A DNA stretch of 64,000 nucleotides from Zygnema circumcarinatum SAG 698-1b. Taxonomy: Eukaryota; Plantae; Zygnematophyceae. The notes under the pieces were generated by a model. That model did not search any database. It saw only the letters and a program-made list of their open reading frames with translations, and was not told where the DNA came from. Below are positions 20,801-31,800 of this stretch, in pieces (position 1 is the first letter of the stretch; each line of letters opens with the position of its first letter). The position numbers and the translations under genes were made by a program. The stretch is from positions 558,001 through 622,000 of the forward strand of contig CM074818.1 in the NCBI GenBank assembly GCA_037447605.1. The letters run 5' to 3'.

Positions 20801-23538
20801 ACAGGTAATGCCATAAAATTTACAGAGAAGGGCCACATTCTTGTCCGAATTCATCGAGTGCAGAACACTAAAGGGCTTTCTACTGAACTGAAGGACCATG
20901 GATTCCGTTCCGAGCCTAAGTGTTTTTCTCCCACTTGTAGAAACCATCCTTCTAAGGTTGAAACTTCCCTACGAAATCAGAGTAAAACAAGAATATTTGG
21001 TGAAGAAATGGCACCTTTTTTGGGTCCATCTCCCTGCGGCTACTCTCACCAAACACTTAGTGGTCTTCCGGTTGCTGACAAGAAGCAGCCATGGGGGGGA
21101 GGAAACCCTAATTTTGAGATAATGAGTGTGTTAAGGAGTTGTACGGACAGTCTCTCTCACTCCAACCTTGATGAGTCCATTTTGGGCTCAGAGAAGCTCT
21201 TAATAGACGGTGAGAGTTCGGAGCATTGGCCGGAAATCATGGAAGAGAGCTCATCAGAATGTGCGATACATATGTTGAACATAGAGGGAAGTAGAGAGGG
21301 GGAGAGAGGGAATACAAAATGTATAGACTTTGCATGCCTGAATTATGTGAAGGATCTTGTGGCTTTGAAAGTGGAGAAAGGGAAGGGATGGGAGGGGAGG
21401 ATGGGAGAGAGAGGAGAGGTTGGTAGGACCAACCTTGCAGTCATGGAGGGAGGAGAAGGAGGGGGAGGAGGAGGGAGAGGAGGAGGGGGAGGAGGAGGAG
21501 GAGAAGGAGGAGGGGGAGGAGGAGGGAGAGAAGGAGGAGGAGGGGGAGGAGGAGGGGGAGGAGGAGGGAGAGGAGGAGAGGGAGGAGGAGGTGACACGTG
21601 TCAACTGGTGATTGAGTGTGAAGATACCGGTTCTGGTATTCCTTGGGAAGCACAGTCCCACATATTCGAACCCTTCATGCAGGTGCGAACATTTGGAACA
21701 CTTTGGAAAGATATAGCCCAAACTAAAACCCAAGTGAATTCGTTTTTTGCAAGTGCTGTATTTATATACTTTCACTTTTTTATCTTCCTTTTATTCACTG
21801 TACATTCTTACTTTTTTTTTTCTATTCGTTACTTTTTTGCAGGCAGATTCGAGTACGGGCCGAACTCATGGTGGGACTGGAATGGGACTCTCTATCGCGA
21901 AGCACCTTGTAAGTTTCTCAGAGTCAAAAATTGGCTAACTTTAAACATAGAACTGAAAACTCCTTGGTGAGTTTAAGAGAGCTTTGGGATTCATGTATTC
22001 GAACTCTATTCTGCACTTATCTCCTCTTTTCTTTCTTCCTCTCTCTCTCCTTCTCTCTCCTTCCCCTCTTTCCCACTCTCTCACTCTCCGTCCCCTCCTC
22101 TCTTTGATCCCCCTATCTCCCTCTCTCTCTCTCTTCTGTCTTCTCCCCACTCTCACTCTATCCTCTCACTTCCCCTCTTCTCTCTCGTCTATCTCTCTCT
22201 TCCCCTCTCTTTTCTCCCTTCTTTCCCTCTCTCTCTCCCTCTTTCCTCCCCTTCCACTCTCTCCCTCTTTCCCTCCTCTCTTTTCACCCCATCCCGCTCT
22301 CGCCCCGCTTCCCTCTCCTCTCCCCCTCATCCTCTATATACTTTCTCCCTCTCTCTCTCTCTGCAGGTCCAACTAATGGGAGGAGACATGACATTTGTGA
22401 GCCAAGAAGGAGTCGGAACAACATTCTTTTTCTCCGTTCGATTCGAACTCCCGAACTCAAACTCTCCCGACAGCCAATGCGCTCTCATTCCAAGCGGCGC
22501 TCTCTCTCTCTCTCCCTCTCCCTCTCCCTCTTTCTCTCCCTCTCTCTCTCTCTCTCCCTCTCCCTCCATGGATGACGACAGCAGCCATGGCTGCATGCAT
22601 AATCATTCCATGAAGAGGAGGTTTAATGGCGAACCCATCCTTCTTGTTGATACTCTTCTTGTACGGCAACAGGTAAAAACTCAGTTTTTTTTTTTTTTTT
22701 TTGGAGGTGAGGGGGGGGTTTGCAGGTTCTTGTTTCAGTCTAATCTTACTGTTAGTTTAATTTAGTTCTTTTTTTTTTTTCTAGTTTAATTGTTTGTTGA
22801 TTTGTTGATTTGCAGGTTTCAGCGACCATTCTCCACCAATTAGGGTTCGAGGTCCACCTCGCGGTTGATCCTGAAGCAGCTTTCCGAGCCATAGCAAATA
22901 CCCCATTTTCGGGAACGACGGGTGAAAATAGCAATAGCAAATTAAAGAGATTTGCAGCTGTAGTAGTGGATAAAGACGCATTTGGGTACAATACGGGTAT
23001 ATTCTTCGGAAAAAATCTGCTTCAAAAAGGGGGTATAGTAAAAAATTGCAGAAATTCGAACCAAGGAGAGGCTTCAGCAGAGGCCACAGAAGCGTTGGAG
23101 AATGAAAAAATTCAGGGTTCCATGTGCGGAGAATTTTCCGTTCCGCCGTTAATTTTGGTCGCTGTTGAACTGAGCGACTGGGAACGTACGGAATCACGGA
23201 ACGGAGGGTACATGGAACTGCTCTTGAAGCCGTTAAGATGCTCAACTTTGGAGCAGGCTCTTGCGAAGGTAAGGCTTCTGAGCTCTTTTATTTTATTTTT
23301 TATTTTTTGACATACATATGTTTTAGAGGATTCAGGAATTTGGTTATTGGTACGAATTTTTCAGAGTTTCAAATTTAATATTTCCCTCGTTTATGCCTTT
23401 TTTATTTTTTGGCCTTTACTACTCAGGTCATGGGATTGGATAGAACCCCTCCGCCAACGGCTCCGCACAAAACCGCACTTCGAAAAATTCTTCAAGCAAA
23501 GCTGCAAGGCCAACATGCCCTGGTCTGTTCTTGCAAAG

Positions 23539-23579
<41 letters not shown>

Positions 23580-25101
23580 CCCTCTCTCCCTCCTCTCAAT
23601 CTCTCTCCCCTCTTCTCCACCCTCTGTCCCCTCCCACACTCCCTCCTCTCTCTCCGACACCCTTACTTGATCCCTCTCTCCCTCTCTCTCTCTTTTTCCC
23701 CCTATTATCCCTAACCCCCCTCTAAAACGTTAACTCTGCGACCATCAACCAACACCCCCAAATGCACATATGCCTGCTCCCCCTAACCCTAAAACTCTAG
23801 AACCCTAAATCCATTAAACCCTAAACCATAAAACCCCAAACCCTAGAACCCTAAAACCTGAAACCCCAAACCCTAAACCCTAAACCCTAAAACCCCAAAC
23901 CGTAAACCCTAGATCCCTCTCTAAACTCTAGAACCCTCCCTAAATCCTAGAACCCTAGAACCCTAGAACCCCAAACCCTAAACCCTAAACCCTAAACTAA
24001 TAAACCCTAAACCCTAAACCCTAATTCCTTCGTCCCCTTGCTTGCAGGTGGTGGACGACAATTCGGTGAACCGGCGAGTGGCTCAGAGCGCGCTGCGGCG
24101 GTACGGCCTGAACGTAGAAACAGTACCGAGCGGGGCGGAGGCGTTGGCCCGCCTTCAGGGAAGCCATGGATTCGACCTCGTCTTCATGGACCTGCAAATG
24201 CCCGGAATGGATGGGTCAGTTGGGGGAGGGGGGGGGGTAGGGTTTAAGGGTCTAGGGTTTAAGGGTTTAAGGTTTAGGGTTTAGGGGTTTAGGGGTTTAA
24301 GGTTTAAGGGTTTAGGGTTAGGGTTTAAGGGTTTAGGGTTAGGGTTTAGGGGTTTAGGGTTTAAGGGTTTAGGGTTTAAAGTGTAGGGCTTAGGGTTCAG
24401 GGGCGTGGGGTTTAGACAGGGTTGTGTGGGGTTTGGGGTTTCATGGCTCCTGAGGCGTCACGGTGAAAACTCGCAAGTCTCAGAAGCTTCAGACTTCTAA
24501 AGGCCCAAAAGCCCAAAAGCCCTATACATTGAAATTCCGACAACTAAAAGACCCCCAACCCTAATCCCTGAAACCCTAATCCCCTGAACCCTTCAAAACT
24601 TAAGTCCTGCACCCTGATTGAAATCCCATGCCCTTAAACCCTGACCCCAAACCCTACACCCTAAGCCCTAACCCTTGATTCCTTAATCCCTTAACCCTAG
24701 CCTCTAAACCCTCAACTCTAAATCCTAAAGCCTCAAACCCGAAAGCCTCAAACTCTCAACCCTAACCCTTAACCCTAACCCCTAAACCCTAAAACCCTAA
24801 ACCCTAAAACCCTAAACCCTACCCCCTCCCTCCCCGCAGGTACGCGACGACGGCGGCCCTCCGCGCCCTGGAGGCGCGCGGCGGTGCGCGTACCCCCCGG
24901 GGCGGTTCGCGCGTGCGCGTAGTGGCGATGAGCGCGGACGTGGTGCCCGCAGCGCGTGAGATGTGCCGCCAGGCGGGCATGGACGGATTCGTGGCCAAAC
25001 CCATAGACGAGGAGCAGCTCTTCCTCACTCTCGTCGAGGAGGAGGGAGGAGGAGGAGGAGGAGGAGGAGGAGGGAGAGGGAGAGGGAAGAAGGGAGAGTA
25101 G
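11900..25101 (+). CDS. CHK: CHASE-domain hybrid histidine kinase (cytokinin-receptor-like, AHK4/CRE1 architecture: TM-CHASE-TM-HisKA-HATPase-REC-like-REC), about 1266 aa
   Basis: Exons 11900-12154, 13828-13997 (GC donor inferred), 16988-17229, 17419-17547, 17747-17963, 18171-18415, 18636-18866, 20467-20550, 20805-21682, 21843-21908, 22367-22672, 22816-23268, 23427-23522, 24048-24214, 24840-25101; total 3801 nt, frame intact. Motifs: [47 protein letters not shown] (H box), [21 protein letters not shown] (N), EDTGSGI (G1), IFEPFMQAD (F), GGTGMGLSI (G2), [11 protein letters not shown]...[14 protein letters not shown]...AMSAD...FVAKP (receiver). Confidence 0.92.
14008..14727. repeat. G-run minisatellite (GGGGTCAT / CATGGGG units) in CHK intron 2; second block at about 15858-16500
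   Basis: gggtcatgggggtcatgggggtcatggggggaaatggggtcatgg... repeated with higher-order units of about 90-110 bp. Confidence 0.85.
14728..15640. repeat. Near-perfect 16-bp-period CT satellite (CCCTCTCTCTCTCTCT)n
   Basis: CCC interruptions recur every 16 nt for more than 50 units. Confidence 0.85.
15752..15857 (+). pseudogene. Truncated, frameshifted duplicate of CHK exon 3 (pseudo-exon) inside intron 2
   Basis: About 15655-15857 matches about 16895-17096, including the 3' splice site. It lacks one G (acgggcagg vs acggggcagg), shifting frame after NYGTG, and ends at gacaagggg where the G-run minisatellite resumes. Confidence 0.75.
18867..20350. repeat. About 1.5-kb almost pure G/A homopurine tract (GGGA/GGAG) in CHK intron
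   Basis: Continuous gggagg/gggggag sequence directly after donor 18867; source of the spurious Gly/Glu/Arg ORFs. Confidence 0.85.
23780..24820. repeat. Telomere-like arrays around the CHK receiver exons (C-strand 23780-24025, G-strand 24240-24400, C-strand about 24540-24820)
   Basis: aaaccctaaaccctaaaccc...; gggtttaagggtttagggttagggtttagg... Confidence 0.8.
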
Positions 25102-26669
25102 GGACTCTCTCTCTCTTTCTCTCTCTCTCTGTCCCTCTTTCTCTCTTTTTCTCTCCCTCTCTCTCTTTATTCTCTCCCTCTCCCTCTTTCTGTCTCTCTC
25201 TCTTGTTTCTGTCTCTCGTTTCCCGTCTCCCTCCCCCCTCTCTATCGCTTTGCCTCCTCCTACCACCCAATGCCTGCCCTCTCTCCCTCCCTCTACTACC
25301 CTCTCCTCCCCTCCCTCTCTGTCTCCCGCCCTCTATCCGTCGCTCTCCCTTTCCCTCCCTTCCCCTGCCCCCCCTCTCTCTCTCTCCTCTCTCCCTCCGT
25401 CACTCCCTCTGTCCCCCCTCTCCCCCTCCCTCTCCCCAGCTCTCTCCCTCTCCCTCCCGCTGCCCCCCCTCTCTCTCTCTTGACTATCCCTCCCCTCACT
25501 CCCTCTGTCCCCCTCTTTCCTCCCTCCTCCCCAGCTCTCTCCTTCCCCTTCCCCCTGCCTCCCCCTCTCTCTCTCTCTCCTGTCTCTCCCTCCCTCACTC
25601 CCTCTGTCCCCTCTCTCCCTCACTCCCTCTCCCCAGCTTTCTGTCCATCTCCCTACGTTAAGCTTGTCTCGGCCCCAAAATACAGAATGTACAAAAAGCT
25701 CAGGACTGACTCAAAGACGAATCCTATTTCCTCTTCACATGGTGTGAACACAGAAATAGTTTTCCTAGTGCCTTTTACAGACTAGGCGACTTATTTCGAC
25801 TCCAATTCTTCACGTAGAGGTTCAGTTTTTTTATAAAATTTTCATTTCTTTTTTTTTTCCTTCTTTCGTTTCCAATTTTAGCTGTACTGACGGACCGCTG
25901 CAGACCAAACTTCATGTAGAGAAATCAGAAGCGATTATGTGCCCCATAGAAATGAGCACAAAGCGATGTACCAATTTTAAACTTTATACAGTTCGAGTTA
26001 AGGGCTCGTGTGAGCGTCAAGTGTGACCGATTGTCTTGTGGTGACTTAAAACCCTAAAATTTCTAAACCTAAGAAGGGACCTTAAGCACTAAAACCCTTA
26101 AATTTCCCTCAACAAAATGAATGGACTACCGTATAGGCAAAGCCATACCAACTTATCATTAATTTTTGTTTATTACTATTATAACCATTCAACTAACCAT
26201 TGTTGGCCTGATGTTTGGCACCCATTGCCAACCAATGTTGCGGCTACCATATACAATGGTTGGCTGGGTCCGCCGACGGACCAATGCTTGCAGCCCATTG
26301 GCAATGACGCCAACCAATGGCAATCACTCCAACAGTCCAATGGCTGAAGCAATGGTTGATCCAATGGTTGGACCAATGGTTCATCCAATGGCACGTCCCA
26401 AATTCAGAGATGCCATGCTCCATCCATACAGTTAAACCGTACAGTTTCTCGTTAGACCGTACCATCAGCGTACGGTCCCCCACGTACGGCGGAAAAAGGG
26501 GGATGAAAATTTCTCACATTTGGCGAACGGCCCTCCACATGGAACAGGAAGCTAACGTGGCAGGCCTTGATTGGTTCATGCCATCAAAAAACTTCCACGA
26601 TACCGTACGATTTCGTACAGTTCCCGGACCGTACTGTAGCGAACGTTCGTACAACATAACGGTTCAGAA

Positions 26670-26870
26670 TCACCGTTTCCATGACGTCGTATAACCCATT
26701 ATGACGCAGTCCGACGGATCTAAGCAGTTATATGACGTCATTTAACATAGTGTGACGCAAACAGACGGATCAAACATTGCATATGACGTCAGTGAACGGA
26801 ATCCCACGCAATCCGACGGGTCCACCCGTTTCCATGACGTCATATCATGGCTCGTGACGCAAGCACGCGG
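26670..26870. promoter_or_regulatory. Four degenerate tandem units of about 51 bp, each with paired TGACGTCA + (T)GACGCA motifs, immediately upstream of the O-fucosyltransferase ATG
   Basis: TGACGTC at about 26683, 26733, 26784, 26835; (TG/CC)ACGCA at about 26702, 26754, 26806, 26855; each unit ends in (c/a)gacgg(a/g)tc-like sequence. Confidence 0.55.
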
Positions 26871-26914
26871 TCGGGTCGAGACGGGCCGCGGCGGAGGGCG
26901 GCGGGCGGCGGGCG

Positions 26915-28793
26915 ATGGCGGCGGAGGGCCCTCCCCGGCACGTGCGGGCGACGGGCCAATGGGCGGCGCTCGGGGGCCTCTTGTTCCTCCTCGCGCAGGC
27001 GCGGCCCTGAACCCTTCGGAGCGGCCCGCCGGGGTTTAGGCCATGCATGCATGGGGGGCATGAGGGGCCACGGAGGAGCGTGGGGGAGCATGGGGGGGGG
27101 GGGGGCATGGGGGGGCATGGGGAATGGGGGGAGCATGAGGCATGGGGGGGCATGGGGAATGGGGAAGCATGAGGCATAGGGGGGCATGGGGGGGCATGGG
27201 GAATGGGGGGAGCATGAGGCATTGGGGGGCATGGGAGAGCATGGGGGGCCATGGGGAATGGGGGAGCATGGGGCATGGGGGGGCATGGGGAATGGGGGAG
27301 CATGAGGCATGGGGGGGCATGGGGAATGGGCATGGGGGGCCATGGGGAATGGGGGAGCATGAGGCATGGGGGGGCATGGGGAATGGGGGAGCATGAGGCA
27401 TGGGGGGGCATGGGGAATGGGGGAGCATGGGGAATGGGGGGGCATGGGGAATGGGGGGAGCATGAGGCATTGGGGGGCATGGGAGAGCATGGGGGGCCAT
27501 GGGGAATGGGGGAGCATGAGGCATGAGCGGGCATGGGGAAGCATACGGAGACATGGGTCATGGGGCAGTGCAGATGGGTGGGTAGGTCCTCACATCACAT
27601 GGGCATCCCAATGTCGCGAGAAAATGCAGCCCTTTCATAATTTTGCACCATCCCCATCCACATTTGCATCCTACCTATTCCAAACCACATCCCAACATCC
27701 ACATCAGACCATCGCATGCACATTCGCATCCGCCACATCCTCACATCTCCACCCTCAAACGATGGGCTGCTTGTCGAGGTGCAGGCGGAGATCATATGGG
27801 TGTACCTCTCCCTCTCTCCCTCCGTCGAGCAGCTCCAAAACAACGAAGTCGTCACTTTCCGCGCAACGCAGGAAATTCGCCAAAATGTGGGCCCCAAGTT
27901 CGACAAGCTGCTCGGCAACATCAAAGAAATCGCCGCACAAAACCAAAAACTGTTAACGGAACTGAAGGAGCAGACGGAGCTCCATCACAAGGTGAGGGGA
28001 GACATTGAAATTACTTCAACAACAAACCCTCAACTAGTTTCAAACTTCGAAAATTGTGAGCTTCTTTTGGTTTTTTAATCTCAACAGCTTATATATGTAC
28101 CCATTTTGATGCAAGTTCTAGCATTTAGGTTGTCTCTCTCGCTTCCTCTCTCTCTCCCTCCCTCTCTCCCTCCGTCGAGCAGCTCCAAAACAACGAAGTC
28201 GTCACTTTCCGCGCAACGCAGGAAATTCGCCAAAATGTGGGCCCCAAGTTCGACAAGCTGCTCGGCAACATCAAAGAAATCGCCGCACAAAACCAAAAAC
28301 TGTTAACGGAACTGAAGGAGCAGACGGAGCTCCATCACAAGGTGAGGGGAGACATTGAAATTACTTCAACAACAAACCCTCAACTAGTTTCAAACTTCGA
28401 AAATTGTGAGCTTCTTTTGGTTTTTTAATCTCAACAGCTTATATATGTACCCATTTTGATGCAAGTTCTAGCATTTAGGTTGTCTCTCTCGCTTCCTCTC
28501 TCTCCCTCCCTCTCTCCCCTCCCTCTCTCTCGCTCCCTTTTGCTCTCTTTCTCCCTCTCTCTCTCTCGCGGACAATGTTTGTAGATAAATTTCAATAGTT
28601 GGTCATGAAAATGTTTGGGGCATGTGTTAGCTTCTTGCAGAGCTCAACCCTCGAACACTTTCGGAAGGTTCCGACGAACCTTCCGAGTCCTGTGGGCGGC
28701 AAAAGGACTCTGGGCGGGCGGGAACCATTCATTGGCAACCAGCTCCGGAAAAATTTCTATTGGCTCTTTGCACTGGCGGGCAGGTGGGGCTAT

Positions 28794-28841
<48 letters not shown>

Positions 28842-31800
28842 CCTCCCTCGTCTTTCTCCCCCCCCTCCTTCTCCCCCTCCCTTCGTTTTTTCCCTTTCTT
28901 ATAGGGCTTTCATGCGCTCTTTGGCTTGACCTAATAGAAAGAATGTTGTTGTAGATTTCGTGGACGAAATGTTGCTCTCTTTTCATGACCACCATACCTT
29001 GAAATTGATGTTCTTTTGTGTAGGGACATATGAAAGCTCTCTTTCCCTCTCTCTCTCTCAGTCTTTCTCACTCTCTCCCCCCCTCTCTATCCCTCTCTCT
29101 CTCTCCCTCTCTCCCTCTCTCCCTCTCTCCCTCTCTCCCTCTCCCCCACCTCCCTATCCCTCTATATGTATCCGTACATTTGTATGATGGAGATGATTTA
29201 GGGGTTTTGGGCATTCAGATGAGCAACCGGCTGATGTGCCTTCGCCAGAACATGGTCGATGCGGCGGTTTTGAATCGAACTCTCATTCTTCCAACGAAGG
29301 AGCTCGACTACGACTACACTCGCCTTCTCGATTTTGAGCATTTTAAGGTGAGTTGAATCATTTCTTAACTATATGAAGTCTCACTCCTCGTTTCATGACA
29401 TCACAAACCTCAACGAATGTAAAAAAAAAACCACCACTTTTTGTTTGTCTCTAAACCCTAATCCTTTAAAGCCCTGAACACTCCAAAACCCTAAAATTTC
29501 GGAACCCTACAAACGTCTTCCGTTTCAAGATCTCAGATTGGTTACATTGCACTGTTATTTGTTGCACATGGAACCCTTCAGTTTGTGGGGAATTTTCCGT
29601 TGAGCGCTGTAACGGATTTTGGGTGCATGTGAACTGGGTTAGGGCAGAGCTGCTTCGGAGACAACTCTCTTATTACAGCGGAGGAGTTTAAGGCTCTGCC
29701 AGCAAGTAAGGGAAGTCTGCATGTGGACGGCTTTCTGTGCCACATACAGTCGTGGCAACCGGACAATTTCTGCATTAACTTTATGAAGAGGCTTCAAAAG
29801 GTATGTTTGAGTACAATTTATGCTGAATTAATGTCCTCTCTCCATTTTTTTGTATTCGTTTCTTTTGATTGTTTTTATCATCGTTTATTTTGGACCCGTT
29901 TCTCAGCTTTTGCAGCTCCCTCGAAATCCCTTCTTGGTGACCTGTACCTACCTTTCGATTCTTTCTCGGACTCTCTTGGTTCTTCTCTCCTCTCCTCCCA
30001 ATCTCTCCCTCGTTCAATCCCTCTCACTATCTCCCCCCACCTCCCATTCCTCTACCCTCTCACCTTCCCCTTCCCTTCTCCTCTCCCTTTCCTTCCTCCT
30101 GCCCGTCTCTCCCTCCTCCCGAACGCCGTCCCTCGACTCCCTCTGTCCCCCCTTCCCCCTTCCCCTCCCTCTCTCGCTCCCCACTTTCCCCCCCCCCTCT
30201 CCACCTCCACCCTTCCCCTCCCCAATCCCCCATTCCCCCCATCCCCCCCTTCCCCTCCCTCCCCCTCTCTCCCTCACCCACCCTCTCCTCTTCCCTCTAA
30301 CCACCTCATCCTCTCCGCCTCCCTCCCTTCCCCCCAATCTCCCCTGCCCTCCCTCCCTTTCCCCCTCTTCTCCCGCTCCCTCCCTCCCCTCCCTCTCCCC
30401 TTCCACTCCCCCTCCCCCTCCCTTCCCCCCCCTCCCCCCCTCTCCCTCCCTCCCCCCCTCTCCCTCACCCACCCTCTCCTCCCCCCATCCCACGCAGGAC
30501 CTCGGCGCCACCTTCTCCCCAAACCCCGAAATCGTGCACCCCCCTCCTCGCTTCTCCATGAAGATCGGCGCGTTGCGTAAAAAATACGAAAAAAACACTT
30601 CTCCGAAAGTGCTTGCTTTCGGGAACATGTTCGGCATGGCCTTGAAGGACATGCCTCTCAACAGCCCCCGCGGAGGGCCCCTCTACGCCCCCCCCCACTG
30701 CCTCTCCCTCCTTCAGCCGAGTCAGCGCATACTGCAGGCAGCGAGGGGCTTTTGCAACACGCTCTTGGGGACAAGGTTTATAGGTGGGTGGATGGGAGAA
30801 ACTGAACCTAAACATAGACATGAACATATGAACATTACCATTAGGATGTTTGTTGAAGGAGAATGATAGTGCACCCCCCCATTTTAGATATCCCACCCCC
30901 CTTTTTGAAAGTTTTGAGAAAGGGGGTGAAATATCCAAAACAGGGGGCGGGGGGGGGGGGGGTAACCCAAAACAGGAGAGCAAAATTTTCAAAAAAGGGG
31001 GTGGGATATCCAAAATAGGGGGTGCAATATCATTCTCACTCGAAAGGTAAACATAGGTTTGACCAATGGTTGGATTTGACCAATGCATGTTGGTTCTATA
31101 GTCCTCTCTCTCTCTCCCACTCTCTCTCTCTTTCTCTCTCCCACTCTCTCTCTCTCTTCCCCCTCAATCCCTCTCGCTCGCCATAAAACCACTCAAGTTT
31201 CCAAAGACCTAGAACTTATAGAAAACCTAATTGCCATAACGGACCCTAATAATGCATTCAACACCTCCTACATCCCTAATGAAAAAATAAAAACCATCAA
31301 AAATGCTTCCCACATGCGCACACATCGACTTTTCTCGTGCATGTTTCTGCAGCCGTGCATTTGAGGAGGGGCGACTTCTTCCAGCACTGCCTCGAGGGCG
31401 ATGCCAAGCTCCGCAAGCCCCCCTGCTTTCTGCCCATCACTCAGGTAAGGCCGACATCACTCGACATAGAATATGTTATGCACATGAATGACATACCTTC
31501 TGTTATGTACATGATGTGCTAGATGGGATAGAGCTTCCTCTCTCTCTCTCTCTCCCTTTCTTCTCTACCTTTCCCTCTCCATCTCCCCTCTCCCACAAAT
31601 GGCCAAGTGGTTTTTGAAATTTCAATACAAACGTTCTTTTTTTCTCCCCCTCCCCCTCCCCCTCCCTCTCCCTCCCTCTCCCTCCCTCTCCCCCNNNNNN
31701 NNNNCCCTCTCCCTCTCCCTCTCCCTCTCCCGCAGGTCGCCAAGTGCCTCTCACAGCGCCTATCTGCCTTGCACAATGTGAGCGCCATTTTCCTCGCCAC

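Noticed and set aside
11900-26935. Similar N-termini MATEGP (CHK) and MAAEGP (O-FucT)
   Set aside because: Only 6 codons; explicable by GC-rich start context. No further similarity.
14008-27545. Regularly spaced repeats as a possible CRISPR-like array
   Set aside because: Units are contiguous minisatellites without unique spacers, in eukaryotic introns, with no cas genes.
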